A DNA stretch of 63,210 nucleotides, filler included, from Octopus bimaculoides (GCF_001194135.2; 7 parts of 7 records of this genome joined end to end with filler, not necessarily neighbours in it), one strand, 5' to 3'. Shown: positions 23,919 to 36,674, counted from the first letter of the whole stretch. The notes: generated from the letters alone by a model not told the origin. Made by a program: numbers and translations.

Positions 23919-26090
23919 TTTGTTGGCTTCCGATACTTTTTTTTTTTTTTTCCTTTTATGTTAATAACTACACTTTGATTTCCCTGCCCGCACGCTTTAT
24001 TCAGTTTTATTACTATTATTGTTATTGTTATTTCTACTCTACTACACTATAAACTGGTTCGATACATGTTCCAACGCTAAACAACATACTTTAAGATGCT
24101 GTTCATCTTTACAGTTTTTGATGAAGTTCTCCAAAATCCATAAAAAACTATCCATACTTATCAATACAAAAAGAAGAAAATATTCTCCAACTATCATATT
24201 TTACTAAATGTAAATACATCATAGGAATTGGGAAGGGGGGAATCAGCGGAGCGTCAGCTTTTGGTATTTATTTTCTTTCCTACGTTGTAAGTTCGATTTT
24301 CATGCAAGTCGACTTTACTTTTCATCCTTCAAGGGTCGATAAAATTAATATCAGTCTATATTACTGATGTCGATTACATCAATTCTACCTCCTCCCAAAT
24401 GTATATGGACCATGTAAGAAATCAATTTTACTTCTGTGTTGCTGTTGTTATTTAGCCACAGGTTAACTCTGAGTGAGTTGACCTACAGATCAAAGGCGTT
24501 CCAGTCATTACCATACTATCCTTCTGTCGGATGTTGCGTATCTGGGACTCTATTATTCGGTGTGCATTTATGCTTACAAGGCGTCATTTGGAGGAGATTT
24601 GGCTGTTATTTCTAGAATACTGAGCGATTGCATAGTGGCTCCTTCGTTGGCTGAAGTATGCGTGTAGTGATATTTTCGTTGTTTTGGAGGCGTTGCGTGT
24701 GTCCGAAGATTCTAAAATTTAAAAGAAAGAAAGAAAAAAGAAAGGAAGAAAGAAAAACATGAAACAAGAACTAATTGTTCACTCATATACTGGCGCCAAA
24801 CTATTTTACTTCGAAAGTAAACTCAGAGAATAGTGAAATAAGCATGTGTTCTTTGTATATGATATGATATGATCAATAACAGCCTGTTTTTAATATCGAC
24901 AACAATTACAACATTCAGCATAGAGAACAGCCTGAATGAAAACTTAAACAGATCTTCCTTTCATCGTATGCACACATTTATTAAGTGTTCTACATGTGTG
25001 TGTATGTATGTATGTATGTACATATATTATACACGAAGGGCTTCTTTTTATGTATAAGTTAGTGAAACGAGGACGGGCAGCATCCGTGGCCTATCTCATG
25101 TCATCCGAGGCTGGTTGAAGATGGGGAGAAGATTATCTTTACACCAGAGAGGCCTATCCCGAACGAATGCTTGCAAACTAAAGGTGGACACTAGTGTTGA
25201 ACTGGGTAACTGATTAAGCATATCACTCATATGCTTTTATATAATAAATACACACACAAATGTATTTTGTGTATATATGTATGTGTGTGTGTGTGTGCGC
25301 CCAGCTGTTTTGGATAAGGCTTTACGCTGGCCATGTGCGGGCTTAACCGGGTGCTCCCATCGTTGGATGATTAACCCTAACCATCTACATAATATTGTGT
25401 GTGCGTGTGTGTGTGTGTATACACAATACCCGCATAAGTATTATATATGATATTAATATGAGGAAAATACCCCAGACTGTAGCTAAGTGTGGGTTTTAGC
25501 TGGCTGCCCCATTCCTAAATATAACATACCTTCAACTACAGTAAACTTACGTAAAGTGACCATTCTGTGTGCTCCGCACACACCGTAACACCCCACTCTG
25601 CGCTACTGATCCCAGAACATATAAACATCTATTGATCTATCTATAAGTTATGTGCATACACATATTTATTGATTAAGCTAATTTTCACTTTGTTTTTGTT
25701 CAGAAACGCTTACATTCACACACAGGGACTGTGCACAGCTAGCGATAGCCCCAAGTGAGATGTCATGTATAGATGCCAAATAAAACATTCATTTTGGTGG
25801 GGTCTACATTTCAAACTGCTCGTTATTTTAGTAATCAGTGCTAAACACATACAATTAATTATAAGTTGTGTGTATATATAGTTCATAGATGGTAATCATA
25901 TATGTAAGAGGTTATGGGCCGACAGGTTTTTGGGATCTGACAATACGCTATAAGGCTAGACCCTTTATGGACTGGAAGCCTAAGGTAATCCCATAAGCCG
26001 ACCTCCTCCATTTTTTAATGTACACAATATATACTGCTCTACATCTTAGAGTGTGTTTCTTCTTATAGGTTCGTTTTTTACAAACGATAT

Positions 26091-26140
<50 letters not shown>

Positions 26141-27269
26141 CATAATATGGAAAAAATTCGATATTAATTAATATCAATTTAATACCAGGAAACTAGCACA
26201 TTAAAAGAATCAGAAGGTTCAGGAATCAGCACATTAAATATATATATATATATATNNNNNNNNNNNNNNNNNNNNNNNNNNNNNNNNNNNNNNNNNNNNT
26301 TAATTAATTAANNNNNNNNNNNNNNNNNNNNNNNNNNNNNNNNNNNNNNNNNNNNTATATATATATATATATATGTATATATATGCATATGTGGGCACAG
26401 GACATCACGAAACATGTACAACAAAAAAGTATGAAGCACGAGTACATAGAACATGAACTATTCTTTTGAAAAACGAAAACAAAAGGAAAACAAAACAAAC
26501 AACATAAAGAACGACCCTTCATCAGTTGTTGGCTGTTTTTCTAGTCTCGTATTTCAAGCATTTAACAACAATATATGCTTTTGATAAAGCAGTGGCTCCT
26601 GCAAAGCAAATTAGATAAAATTTGGGATTTTATGGAGGGTCAAAATTGGTAACACAAACAGTGAGAACAAACATCCATTTTCCATGCTGGCATGGGTTAG
26701 ACGGTTTGACTGGGACTGATAAGACAGAGGGCTGTACCAGGTTCCAGTCTGATTTGACATGGTTTCTATGGCTGGACGCTGTTCCTACTACCAACCACTC
26801 CAAGTGTGTAGTGGTCACCTTTTATGTGTTACCAGCATGTCTGTGTCACTGTCAAAGGTGCCTTTTACGTGTCACTGGCACTGGCTACAACTATGAGTTC
26901 ACTTGGCTTGATGTGTGTTCTCAAGCACAGCAAATTACTAAAGGTCTTGACCACTTGTCATTGCCTATGAAGAAGATGATGATGATGTGTATGTGAGTGT
27001 GTGTGTATTTGTGTCTCCTTGTCTTGACATTGCTAGATACTTGTAAATGAGTGTCTCTATCATACAAACAGTTATTCATTTTCAACATCTTGTGAAAACA
27101 GGTGATGGTGGGTGACAGGAAGAATATCCATACATAGCAAAATCTATAAAATCCATGCAAGTATGAAAAAGTGACCATTACAATTATGTTGATAATGATA
27201 TGCATATATATTTATTATTTGATGAAAACTCTCAGCTTATTTTGCTGGGTATGATGGAAAGTGTTAGCT

Positions 27270-27400
27270 GTCCACAGCCAGCAGACTGAGGTGACGCTTG
27301 TTTACTGGGCATACTTCAAAAACCCTGGGAAAAATTCTTGCAGTTCCAAGCAATGTTGATTTCTGTAGTTTTATCTTTACATTTGTACTAATCTTGCCTT
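27270..27400 (-). mobile_element. R4/Dong-type LINE 3' fragment
   Basis: LQKSTLLGTARIFPRVF matches the C-terminal motif of restriction-like-endonuclease LINEs. Confidence 0.7.
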
Positions 27401-27894
27401 CATAGTCTACTAGCTCAGTTAGGGTACTTTGGATTTCAAAATCCATATTTGTAGACAATTACTTAAAGTCTACATATCCTACGGATCTCTCAACAGCCCA
27501 CCACCCAACAAAAGATGGCAAGTGTTCTCTTGAGATCACATGATTCAAAAGGACAGAATTGATCAGATATAACTCCTGTTAAATTTATACAAGACGAAAA
27601 ATGTTTTTTAAATATACTTGAAAATATTGATGGTTTGTACATGTATGAATGGTGGGCTGGCTAGTGGTCTTATGCTTATGTTGTATATGTCCTTGTACAG
27701 CTAGTGTGCAGCCTTTGAGTGCATCAGTCATCAGTTATCATTATTACATATTATTTGTATATTACTACGGGTGTAGGCTGATTTACATATGTGTGTGTTT
27801 GTGTAGAATTAATATGCATAGTTGATTAAGGTGGTATGTATTGGTTGGGTGTAGAAGTTGTGTGGACATTTCCTTATAATTTGCTTATTTTCAG

Positions 27895-27947
27895 AGATGG
27901 AACTTGATGTGCAAGCATCCTCTGAAAATCTCGCTCTTATTCTTCAG
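27895..27947 (+). CDS. Candidate exon (MELDVQASSENLALILQ) of an unidentified host gene
   Basis: Acceptor TTGCTTATTTTCAG, donor CAG|GTATAT, open frame. Confidence 0.55.
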
Positions 27948-28467
27948 GTATATATATTTAAATATTAATCCTTGTAATACCTGAAACTTTTCAGTTAGGC
28001 AAAGAGCACATCTCTTTGTTCTTCTGATATATGGCCTGACCTATCAAGAGGTTTTCATTTCCTGTTCACATTGTCAATCTCTTTTCTAGATGTTTAGTCC
28101 TTTAACAATTAAACCAGCCATACCTGGTCAAAAAATTCCACCTGCTATATGTTCAAACCAGTTAGATATGGCCTTTTATACCTAACCTTACAGTGTCAGT
28201 TTAAAACTAAACAATCACATCATTGCATGAATAATTCAAAACAATGTGAATAAATAAGCATTGCATTTTACAGACTAATCTGAATGCTAAAGGGTTAAAG
28301 GACACAATATGTGAGTAATACCATTGCTTGAGGCAGTCTTGTTCCATATCCACATATTTTCTCCCTCCTCTGATTGGCTGGCTTCAACAGGTGTAATGGT
28401 GGCTTCATACACTATAGACGTCACATTTCATTCTTGCTGTAACAGGTAGTTATCTGTTATTCTGTAG

Positions 28468-28533
28468 GTATGTCTTAGGTTTCCTTTGGATTTGACTTTC
28501 TGGATGAATTTCAACTTTATGGAAAGTCTCCAG
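28468..28533 (+). CDS. Candidate exon (VCLRFPLDLTFWMNFNFMESLQ), in phase with the previous exon
   Basis: Acceptor CTGTTATTCTGTAG, donor CAG|GTATAG, 66 nt, the only open frame is phase 0. Confidence 0.45.
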
Positions 28534-29629
28534 GTATAGCTATTTTTTTACCAAATGCCTATTGAATATCTTACTACACTTAGGTTAAAGAGGGAAATGC
28601 TTATCAGACCTTGTTCCTGCAATAGAAAGGATTATCAATATAGTCAACTGGCACAGTTAGGGATATCTCAGGTTTTGAAATCCATATTTGTAAACAATTA
28701 TTTAATGCCTACATTTCCTATGGATCTGTTAGCAGTCCTCCAAAACGTGGTAGAGCTAACTTAAGACAATATATGCATGCATGTACATACATAGTGTTAT
28801 ATATGTGTATATGCATGTATGTACATGTGTTTCTATGTCTGCATTTAACACCTGTCTAAAACCAATGTTCTTTATGATGTATCACTTTACATTGTGTTAA
28901 TTCAGCAATCTGAGATCAACAGAATGAGTTCAATCTGGTACAAGGGCTAATATGTTTAAATAACTCATTGAAAAACATTACCTCAAAAAGACCACAATTT
29001 AACGACAGAAACAGTAGAAATATGTCTCTAATTATAATGGAGAAAGTGGCAATTGGACAACCTTTCTATTTCATTTAAAATATTAATAATTCCAATATTA
29101 ATGTGTTTTCGTAAAAAGTCAGTTATTACTGACGTTTTTTAAAACTTTAATATGTTTCTTATCCCCTCTCAATCAAAATAAACAATGTGCCGTAATGCCT
29201 ACTTCATCATTTCCAGATTCTAAAACACGAAATGTGTGAATCTGCAGATTTGTATTGTTGTTGTTGAGTTGTTTTGTGTTGTTATTTGAATGTTTGCAAG
29301 TATCTGCTATTTGTGTTGTTGTTAAGGCGGTGAGCAGACAGAACCATTAGCATGTTGGGTGAAGTGCTTAGCAACATTTCATCCATCTTTATGTTCTGAG
29401 TTCAAATTCTACCAAGGTTGACTTCGCCTTTCGTCTTTTTGGGCTCAATGAAATAAGTACCTGTTTGAGTTCAAATTCCGCTGATGTCAACTTTGCCTTT
29501 CATCCTTTCAGGGTCAGTGAAATAAATATCAGTTAAACACTGGGGTCGATCTACTTGACATTTTCCCTCCCCAAAATTGCAGCCCTTATGGCAAAATTTG
29601 AAACCATCATTATCATTCATATACCTACA

Positions 29630-29722
29630 AGTAGATTCCAAGAACCCTCCTAAGTATTGTAGCTGTCCCTAATAACACTGTTTTCTGGATATTTCCTCTG
29701 TCCATCTGTTGAAATCTTTAGA
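29630..29722 (-). mobile_element. R4/Dong-type LINE 3' end
   Basis: Minus-strand translation NIQKTVLLGTATILRRVLGIYL*. Confidence 0.75.
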
Positions 29723-29726
29723 GATA

Positions 29727-30180
29727 TTATTATTATATCTTTATTGAGTGAGATAGTAATGCATGCCATCAAAGTGACACTGGGGTAAAATATACAAAGC
29801 CCATGACTACCCGTCTAATAAGGGTACACCAGGCACATGCATCACAACCATATGTTCGCGATATGGTGATCTTATATCAAAATTAACAGCGCATGACCTT
29901 TCAGATGGGGCCCAGTTAGAATTTTCTCCAGGTTGAGTGGCCTATCCCGCTCAAATGATCCTTCAATAAGACTTATTTAAGGATGTTGAATGTTTCCAGA
30001 TGTGAATTATTCAATCCCCAAAGAATTCTTCTCAACACATGGCTATGATGCTTCCCCACTACTTCTGCTCATGATCAGAGATGCACATATCATGAGCCAC
30101 CAAGGGATATGCTCAACTGGTTAAAGTCAAACAACTAACAAGCAAATCTGTAGTATTGAGCAGAGTATTTGCTGTAGCCC
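29727..30180 (-). mobile_element. Unclassified ~450-bp element ending in (AAT)n, lying between two R4/Dong pieces
   Basis: R4 homology stops after ITEKRW at ~30180 and resumes below 29725; the intervening sequence is non-coding and ends CTCACTCAATAAAGATATAATAATAAT. Confidence 0.45.
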
Positions 30181-32093
30181 ATCTTTTTTCTGTTATTCCA
30201 TAGTGTTGGCATAGCTTCCAGTGTATATAGGTCCCAGCTCTGTCGTGTCTGTGAATATATTCCTTCTTAGCCAGGACTGGGCAGCCAGAGATAATATGAT
30301 TTATTGTTTCTTGTCCAACACCACATATTCTGCAGTTACTTGTTATGTTTCTTTTCATTATATGTTTTTGATAATTTCTGGTGGGGAGGCTTTGGTCTTG
30401 TGCAGCAATTAAAAATCCTTCAGTCTCTGCTTTGAGTCCTGAGCTTCTCAACCATTGATGGGATTTTTCTCTGTCTATTTCTTTTGCATTTAGTTTAGCC
30501 CAGTATTTACCATGTAGGGGCTTTTCTTGCCACTGTTTTATCATGGTCCGTTGCTGTTCTAGTTTTAGTTTGGTTTTCATTTGTTTTATAGCTTTTGTTG
30601 TTTCTTCTTCTTATTTGTTAGGTAGTATGATTTCTTGTTTGTATTTGTCAGCTTCCTTAAATACTGAAACCAGTTTTTTGTTTTGCTCGTGTTTTGGGGC
30701 TATTTGTATTAGTTTTCCTTGCTTCTGAAGTAGGTATTTTGCAGTCCTATGGTGGCTATTTTATAATAGTTTTCCGGCTGTATAAGACCCCTACCACCCT
30801 CTGTATGTTGTATATATAGCCTTTCTATGTCAGATTTTGGGTGGTGCATCCTATATCCTGTCATTATTTTTCTTGTTTTCCTGTCTATTTTAGATAGTTC
30901 GTTTAGTGTCCAGTTAAGGATATTGTAGCTGTAGCTTATAACTGGGATGGATAAAGTGTTAATACCTATTATCTTGTTTTTAGCATTGAGCTGTTTTAGT
31001 ATTGATCTAACTCGTCTATAGTACTCTTTCTTTATTTTCTCTTTCATTTGTGTATGTTGTATCCTATCTAGTTCATTGATTCCTAAATACTTGTATGGCT
31101 GGCTTTTGTCTAATTCTCTTATTTCATTGGCTTTATCTAGTGTGATCTTGCTACTCTTAACTAGTTTTCCTCTTTTCAGGGTTGCTTTGGCACATTTTTC
31201 TAATCCGAATTTCATATCTATTTCCTTGGTAAAGCCGTGTACTGTCTGTAGTAGTGTTTCCAGCTCTTTGTCATTTTTGGCGTANNNNNNNNNNGTTCAT
31301 TGAGTGCTCTATGTATTTTATGATAATTGGTGCCACCTTGTTTATGGCTAGTGTTTCCAGAATCCACGTGTGGGGAACACTGTCGAAAGCCTTTCGGCAG
31401 TCAATCCAGGCCATACTGAGGCCTTTCTTCTTTCTGCGGCTGTCTTCAGTTATGGCTTTATTGATCATTAATTGATCTTTACAGCTGTATGAGCCCTCGC
31501 AGCATCCCTTCTGCTCTTCTGGAAACAGGTTGTTATTTTCCAGTTTCTTACTCAATATCTGTGATATTATTGCAGTAAAGGCTTTGTAGACCGTAGGGAG
31601 ACAGGTTATAGGTCTGTAGTTTTGTGGTTTTTCTGTTTCCGTGGATTTGGGAATTAAGATGGTTTTCCCTTTCATGAGCCATTCAGGCATTGTCTCTGAC
31701 TCTGCTAGTATGTTGTTAAAGTTTTCAGCCAGCTTTTTGTTCATTCCTGTCAGGTATTTTAACCAGAAGTTGGGGATCTTGTCGTGCCCAGGTGCCTTCC
31801 AGTTGCTTAGTCTTTGAAGTGCCTGGGTGACCTCTTCAGTTGTTATAGGGGTCCAGAGTTGCTCAGGTGCTAAGTTCGTTGTTTTAATGGGCCTTTTCTG
31901 GGGTTGTTGCTTCACCGACCATATTTGTTTCGAGAATTCTTCCACTTCTTCTGCTGTTGGTGCTGCAGTAATGTCTATTTTATTTTTACCCAGTTCTTGG
32001 TAGAATTTTGGGGGGTTGGATTTGAACTGTTTGTTTTGTTCAAAGAAACGTTGGCGTTTCTCATACCGGCAGATCTTTTGTACTTTGGCCAGG
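30180..32093 (-). mobile_element. R4/Dong-clade non-LTR retrotransposon, 5'-truncated and frameshifted (RT, CCHC finger, RHD motif)
   Basis: WKAPGHDKIPNFWLK, NYRPITCLPTVYK, WIDCRKAFDSVPH, FGLEKCAK, CRICGVGQETINHIISGCPVLAKKEYIHRHD; 5' junction at (AAT)n. Confidence 0.92.
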
Positions 32094-32099
32094 ATATGA

Positions 32100-32148
<49 letters not shown>

Positions 32149-32279
32149 TATTGTTGTTGTTGTTGTTGTTGTGGTTATTCTGAAAGACTCTCGGATAGTT
32201 CTTAATTACCAGTTATTCTTTACTTGAAAGCAAGCCATAACAAATCACCAAAGGTTTCAAGTAGTGCCTTCTTCTCCTG

Positions 32280-32420
32280 TGACTCAAAGAGACAATACTC
32301 TCCTTAGAATGTGAGCTGTACCCAACAAGGCTGTCTTCTGGATCACTTCGAGCCTGACAGTAGCTCCAATATTCTTAATGTTTTTCAAAGCCCTTGGAAA
32401 CTGCTCCAATTACCCCCTGT
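32280..32420 (-). mobile_element. R4/Dong-type LINE 3' fragment
   Basis: Minus-strand translations VIGAVSK and LEVIQKTALLGTAHILRRVLSL*. Confidence 0.75.
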
Positions 32421-32680
32421 ATCACTATTACTTTCCTCATGCCCCATAACTTTCCTATCTCAACTTAGCTCCCCACCCCCAAAAATTGCTGGACTTGTGC
32501 CAAAATCTGAAACCATTATTATAATAATTATAATATAATTGATGGTATGTTGTCAACTTAATGTGACAGTCCCATGAAGGGGAAGAATGCTACTGCTATT
32601 TAGCCCTAGGAAACACCGTTTCCTGTTGGCCTTGACACATTTCCTGTGTCACTATGTTTTCAAAGGGAAGTTAAGCACCT

Positions 32681-32755
32681 CCGCCCAGCAAAGCCAGCAT
32701 CCAGAGACTAGTTTCAGAGTCATTGCTCATCATCAGTCTGGAGTAGCATGGCTTG
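32681..32755 (-). ncRNA. Type I hammerhead ribozyme motif, family H3
   Basis: CCAGA-CUGAUGA-UGAG(CAAUGA)CUCU-GAAAC-UA-GUC-UCUGG with palindrome ACUAGU and GUC triplet. Stem I extends (UCCAGA:UCUGGA, AAGCCA:UGGCUU). U-U at the base of stem II is non-canonical. Confidence 0.7.
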
Positions 32756-33339
32756 AAATATATGTTTTCAAAGGTGAATAGGCATCGATAGCTAGCAAGC
32801 CATGCTACTCCAGACTGATGATGAGCAATGACTCTGAAACTTGTCAGGCAGCACTGGCATCAACCCACGCTTGGATAGTGTTTATTATGTGCCACAAGCA
32901 CAGGGGCCAGTCAAGTGGCACTGGCATCGGCCACAAGTACGATTTCCGTTTTGATTTCGATTTCACTTGACTCAATAGGTCTTCTCAAGCACAGTGTATC
33001 ACCTGACAATTCAAGGGTACTTTTTAGTGAGCGGAACATTATTTTGATAAATGTTGATGGAAGTTTTGGCTAAAAGAATCATTACCATCACCACCATTTT
33101 AATCTTTGTTTCTCCATGCTTGCATGTGTCAGAGAGAATTAGTGAAACAGATTTTCTATGGCCAGAAACTCTTCCTGTCACTAACTCTCACTTTTTTCCA
33201 GGTAAGGTAAGATTTCCCCATGACTAGACATGCTTATATGGAAGATTGGAAATGAATGACATTGTTTGTATGATGATGACACTCGTTTACAACTATCACA
33301 TGCTGACATGGTGAGGAGGCACAAAGACACTAACATATA

Positions 33340-33985
33340 TACTTCTTCATCTTCAGCTGTCCATCAAAAGTCAATGTTGACTATTCTTGTTCTGTAATCA
33401 TCTCTGGCAGGCTCTCATATGGGCTCACAAGGCCTGCTCATCATCTGCAGCAGAGATGATATCAGCCGCAGGTGAAGTTACTTGATGCAATGGAAAAGTG
33501 GCATCTCTCATGTGCTATTTTGTATTCTCTCTCCTTATTTCTGTTCGATGGCTGGAATTATGAGCTTCAGCAATTGGTGTCATCCATTGTGCCACAGGGT
33601 TTTCTCCTCCCAGGTGTCTTGGGAAACACCAGAGTTCTTTATAAGCCTCTTCAGCTCATCCCTGTGTTGCAACTTCAGGCCAACATAACTCTGCTCACTC
33701 TGATACAGTTCAGCATTGAAAACTATCTTTGGGAGCCTGCTATCCTTCATCCTGCAAACATGTCCTGCCCAGCACAGCTGTGATGAGGTAATCAAGGTCT
33801 CCACACTAACTGCACCAGCATGGTGCAGGACTTCTACATCAAGAATATGATCCTGCCATCTCAGATGCAAGACGGAGTACAGGTGATGAAGTTCAGCTCA
33901 CGCCAGGGCCTTGGTGTGCCTCTGGCAGAGAGTCATGCATTCTGTGGAATAGAAGTGGCTCGGGAGCACTGTGGCACTGTACACT
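33340..33985 (-). mobile_element. RTE-clade (BovB-like) LINE 3' fragment, decayed
   Basis: LRWQDHILDVEVL...QLCWAGHVCRMKDSRLPKIVFNAEL, a C-terminal AHMRAC remnant and a (GAA)-type tail. Confidence 0.85.
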
Positions 33986-34718
33986 TTTATCTTTGTGCTT
34001 TGGGCAATGTCATGGCAGCCCTATAGATGCTCCTCAAGAGAGGAAAAATGCATGCATGCATATACACAATAGGATTCTATTAGTTTCCTTTTATCAAATT
34101 CACTCACAAGGCTTTTGTCAGCTGGGGCTAAGGTGTCTTTCTGTGAGACTAAACCTGAAACCAATGGGTAGGGTTGAAGTTTAGATTTTAAGTTTATATA
34201 TTAGGGTTAACATTTTTGTTCTAAGGATTATGATATAAGATGTTTACAAATTGGAGTTGCAGTCTTGTCCATGTGCAAAACACTTATTTTTGGCATATGC
34301 ACTGAAACCAAAGTGAATCAAACAATCTACTTGTTTTGAAAATGTTCTTGTTTCTGAATGTAGTCAGAGATACTCCAGAGATTATGAGCCTTTAAAAATA
34401 TAAGAGATCAATTTAATATTATTTTTACTTCTCTCTCTTGTTTAGTTCAAAGTTTGCAGCCAGCCATGAGATTTTTGTGTTTTTGAGCTTTTACATGATT
34501 GTTTTTCTTTTTCTGGTTTATATGTTTTAAACACAGGGAATTAAGTTTCTGTGCAAAAAGAAATGCATTTCCATAAATTCAGTCTTTAATTCTCATCTCA
34601 TTAATAGATATAAGATCGACTGAATTTCCCAAGATACATACATACAAGCATACATATTTGCACACATACATACATACCCTAACCCTATATATACATACAC
34701 ACATGAATACATAGATGC

Positions 34719-34783
<65 letters not shown>

Positions 34784-34972
34784 ACGATGACAATTTTTTA
34801 CCCTATGTCTTAATTTACACACACACACACACACTTATATATATATATANNNNNNNNNNNNNNNNNNNNNNNNNNNNNNNNNNNNNNNNNNNNTTAATTA
34901 ATTAANNNNNNNNNNNNNNNNNNNNNNNNNNNNNNNNNNNNNNNNNNNNCTGATGAAGATAATAATAATAAC

Positions 34973-35026
<54 letters not shown>

Positions 35027-35248
35027 TATAATAATAGTAATAATAATAATAATAATGCAAGCACATCATTTTCTGATGGTTTCTTAAACATCCTCTAGAA
35101 CAACACTATGTACAAATCCAAATATATGGTACCCTAGGCATAACACCTACATGAACTTCTAACTTGTTGTCTCTTGAGGTCTCTAGGTGAGACTTGGATC
35201 CAATTTGTACAAAGGCAAAGCAAAAGGCAAACATAAAATAATGATAAT

Positions 35249-35298
<50 letters not shown>

Positions 35299-35720
35299 GT
35301 ACTACTGCTGTTAATACTACCACCACCACAACTAACAATAACAATAAATGTGATTGTGTAGATTGAGGTAAAATTCCTAGAAAAGTGTAGAAATAATAGC
35401 AATAGAATTTAATGAAAACAGGAATGTTGTTTACAAAATTCCTACATATAACCAAACAATTATTTCTTTAGGTACGCTCAAAGTAAAGAATCCTTGACGT
35501 TCACACAACACATCTAAGCCGCACACCAACTGACAAATGTATTTAGGTGAAAAATGCAGGATAAATGCCAACTAAATTGGCGCACTAACCAAACCGTAAC
35601 GTCTAAGCCACTTACTTCGTAAATTCAGCCTGTTTTAGCCTATCGGAAGGTATAGAAAGGACAAATTTAATCATTTCAGTATATTTGTCAATTGCGGAAC
35701 ACGATTGCACTACTACCACC

Positions 35721-35791
<71 letters not shown>

Positions 35792-35792
35792 A

Positions 35793-35845
<53 letters not shown>

Positions 35846-35846
<1 letters not shown>

Positions 35847-36410
35847 GTGTAGCGTGTGATCACTGCATTGACAATAACAGAGAAAACTGAGAAGAGAATC
35901 TGCATCAAATTTTGCCAAAAACTTGGCGATACTTGCTCAGAGGCCTACGCAAAATTCTCAAAAATTTTCATTGTTCTCAACACAATCAAGGATATCTTGT
36001 GCAACCCAAGTGTCATTTTGTTCAGCTGAATTCTTTCAGTTCTGCTGGTTGCAGATCTCCCAGAACCATCGTCAATATCGACATTTTTCTGCTATCCTGG
36101 AAACGTCTGAAACACTCGTATACTTGTGTACGGCTCATACAATCCTCTGAATACACTTTCTGCAAATTTGTGTTGGCCTCTGAGAAGGTACCGTCATGAC
36201 ATCTTTCTCTGGCGTGGTCAATGTGACGATCACACAATACAGGCCTTCTTTCCAAGTATTGTTGTAAACAGCGGAAATGAGCTAGAACGCTATAACCTAG
36301 TGCGCATGCACAACAGTGTCCAAGGTCCATCTTTGACAAGCGGCTTCACTCTGCGTGCGTTAGTTTCATTACTATACCGATAGTCCATATACCTATTCAT
36401 GAGGCGTCGT
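35846..36410. mobile_element. Decayed mariner transposon, with transposase N-terminus in both orientations
   Basis: Plus strand EKRICIKFCQKLGDTCSEAY; minus strand LQKVYSEDCMSRTQVYECFRRFQD (mariner HTH); TA-CGAC.. terminus near 36410. Confidence 0.75.
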
Positions 36411-36674
36411 ATGTTTATTGTAAAGTTGAATATCCCCTCAAGAAATGAAATGAAACCGAATGGTAAACTTGGAAGCATTTGTGTTTTATCGAATTTTAAA
36501 TACTTAGATTTGTGGTCAAAAGTTTGGAACATGTTTTCAAAAATTAGAATTGTTATTCCCCAGTACAATTCGATTCAACTAGAATCGTTAGCACGCTGGG
36601 ATAAATGCTTAGTGGTATTTCGTCTACCGTTACGTTCTGACTTCAAATTCCGTCGAAATCGACCTTTTCCTATG

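Noticed and set aside
29217-29270. Possible third exon of the plus-strand gene (ILKHEMCESADLYCCC*)
   Set aside because: The acceptor is plausible, but the frame runs into a (GTT)n repeat with no convincing donor; unsupported.
33185-33212. TTTTTTCCAG-GTAAG-GTAAGA, resembling a recursive splice site or 5-nt microexon
   Set aside because: Lies inside a repeat-derived segment, with no supporting frame evidence.
35612-35918. Poly-V/S/Y/T ORFs (also 37898-38308, 39198-39549, 62173-62672)
   Set aside because: Trinucleotide microsatellites and cryptic simple sequence; neighbouring frames contain stops and there are no splice signals.
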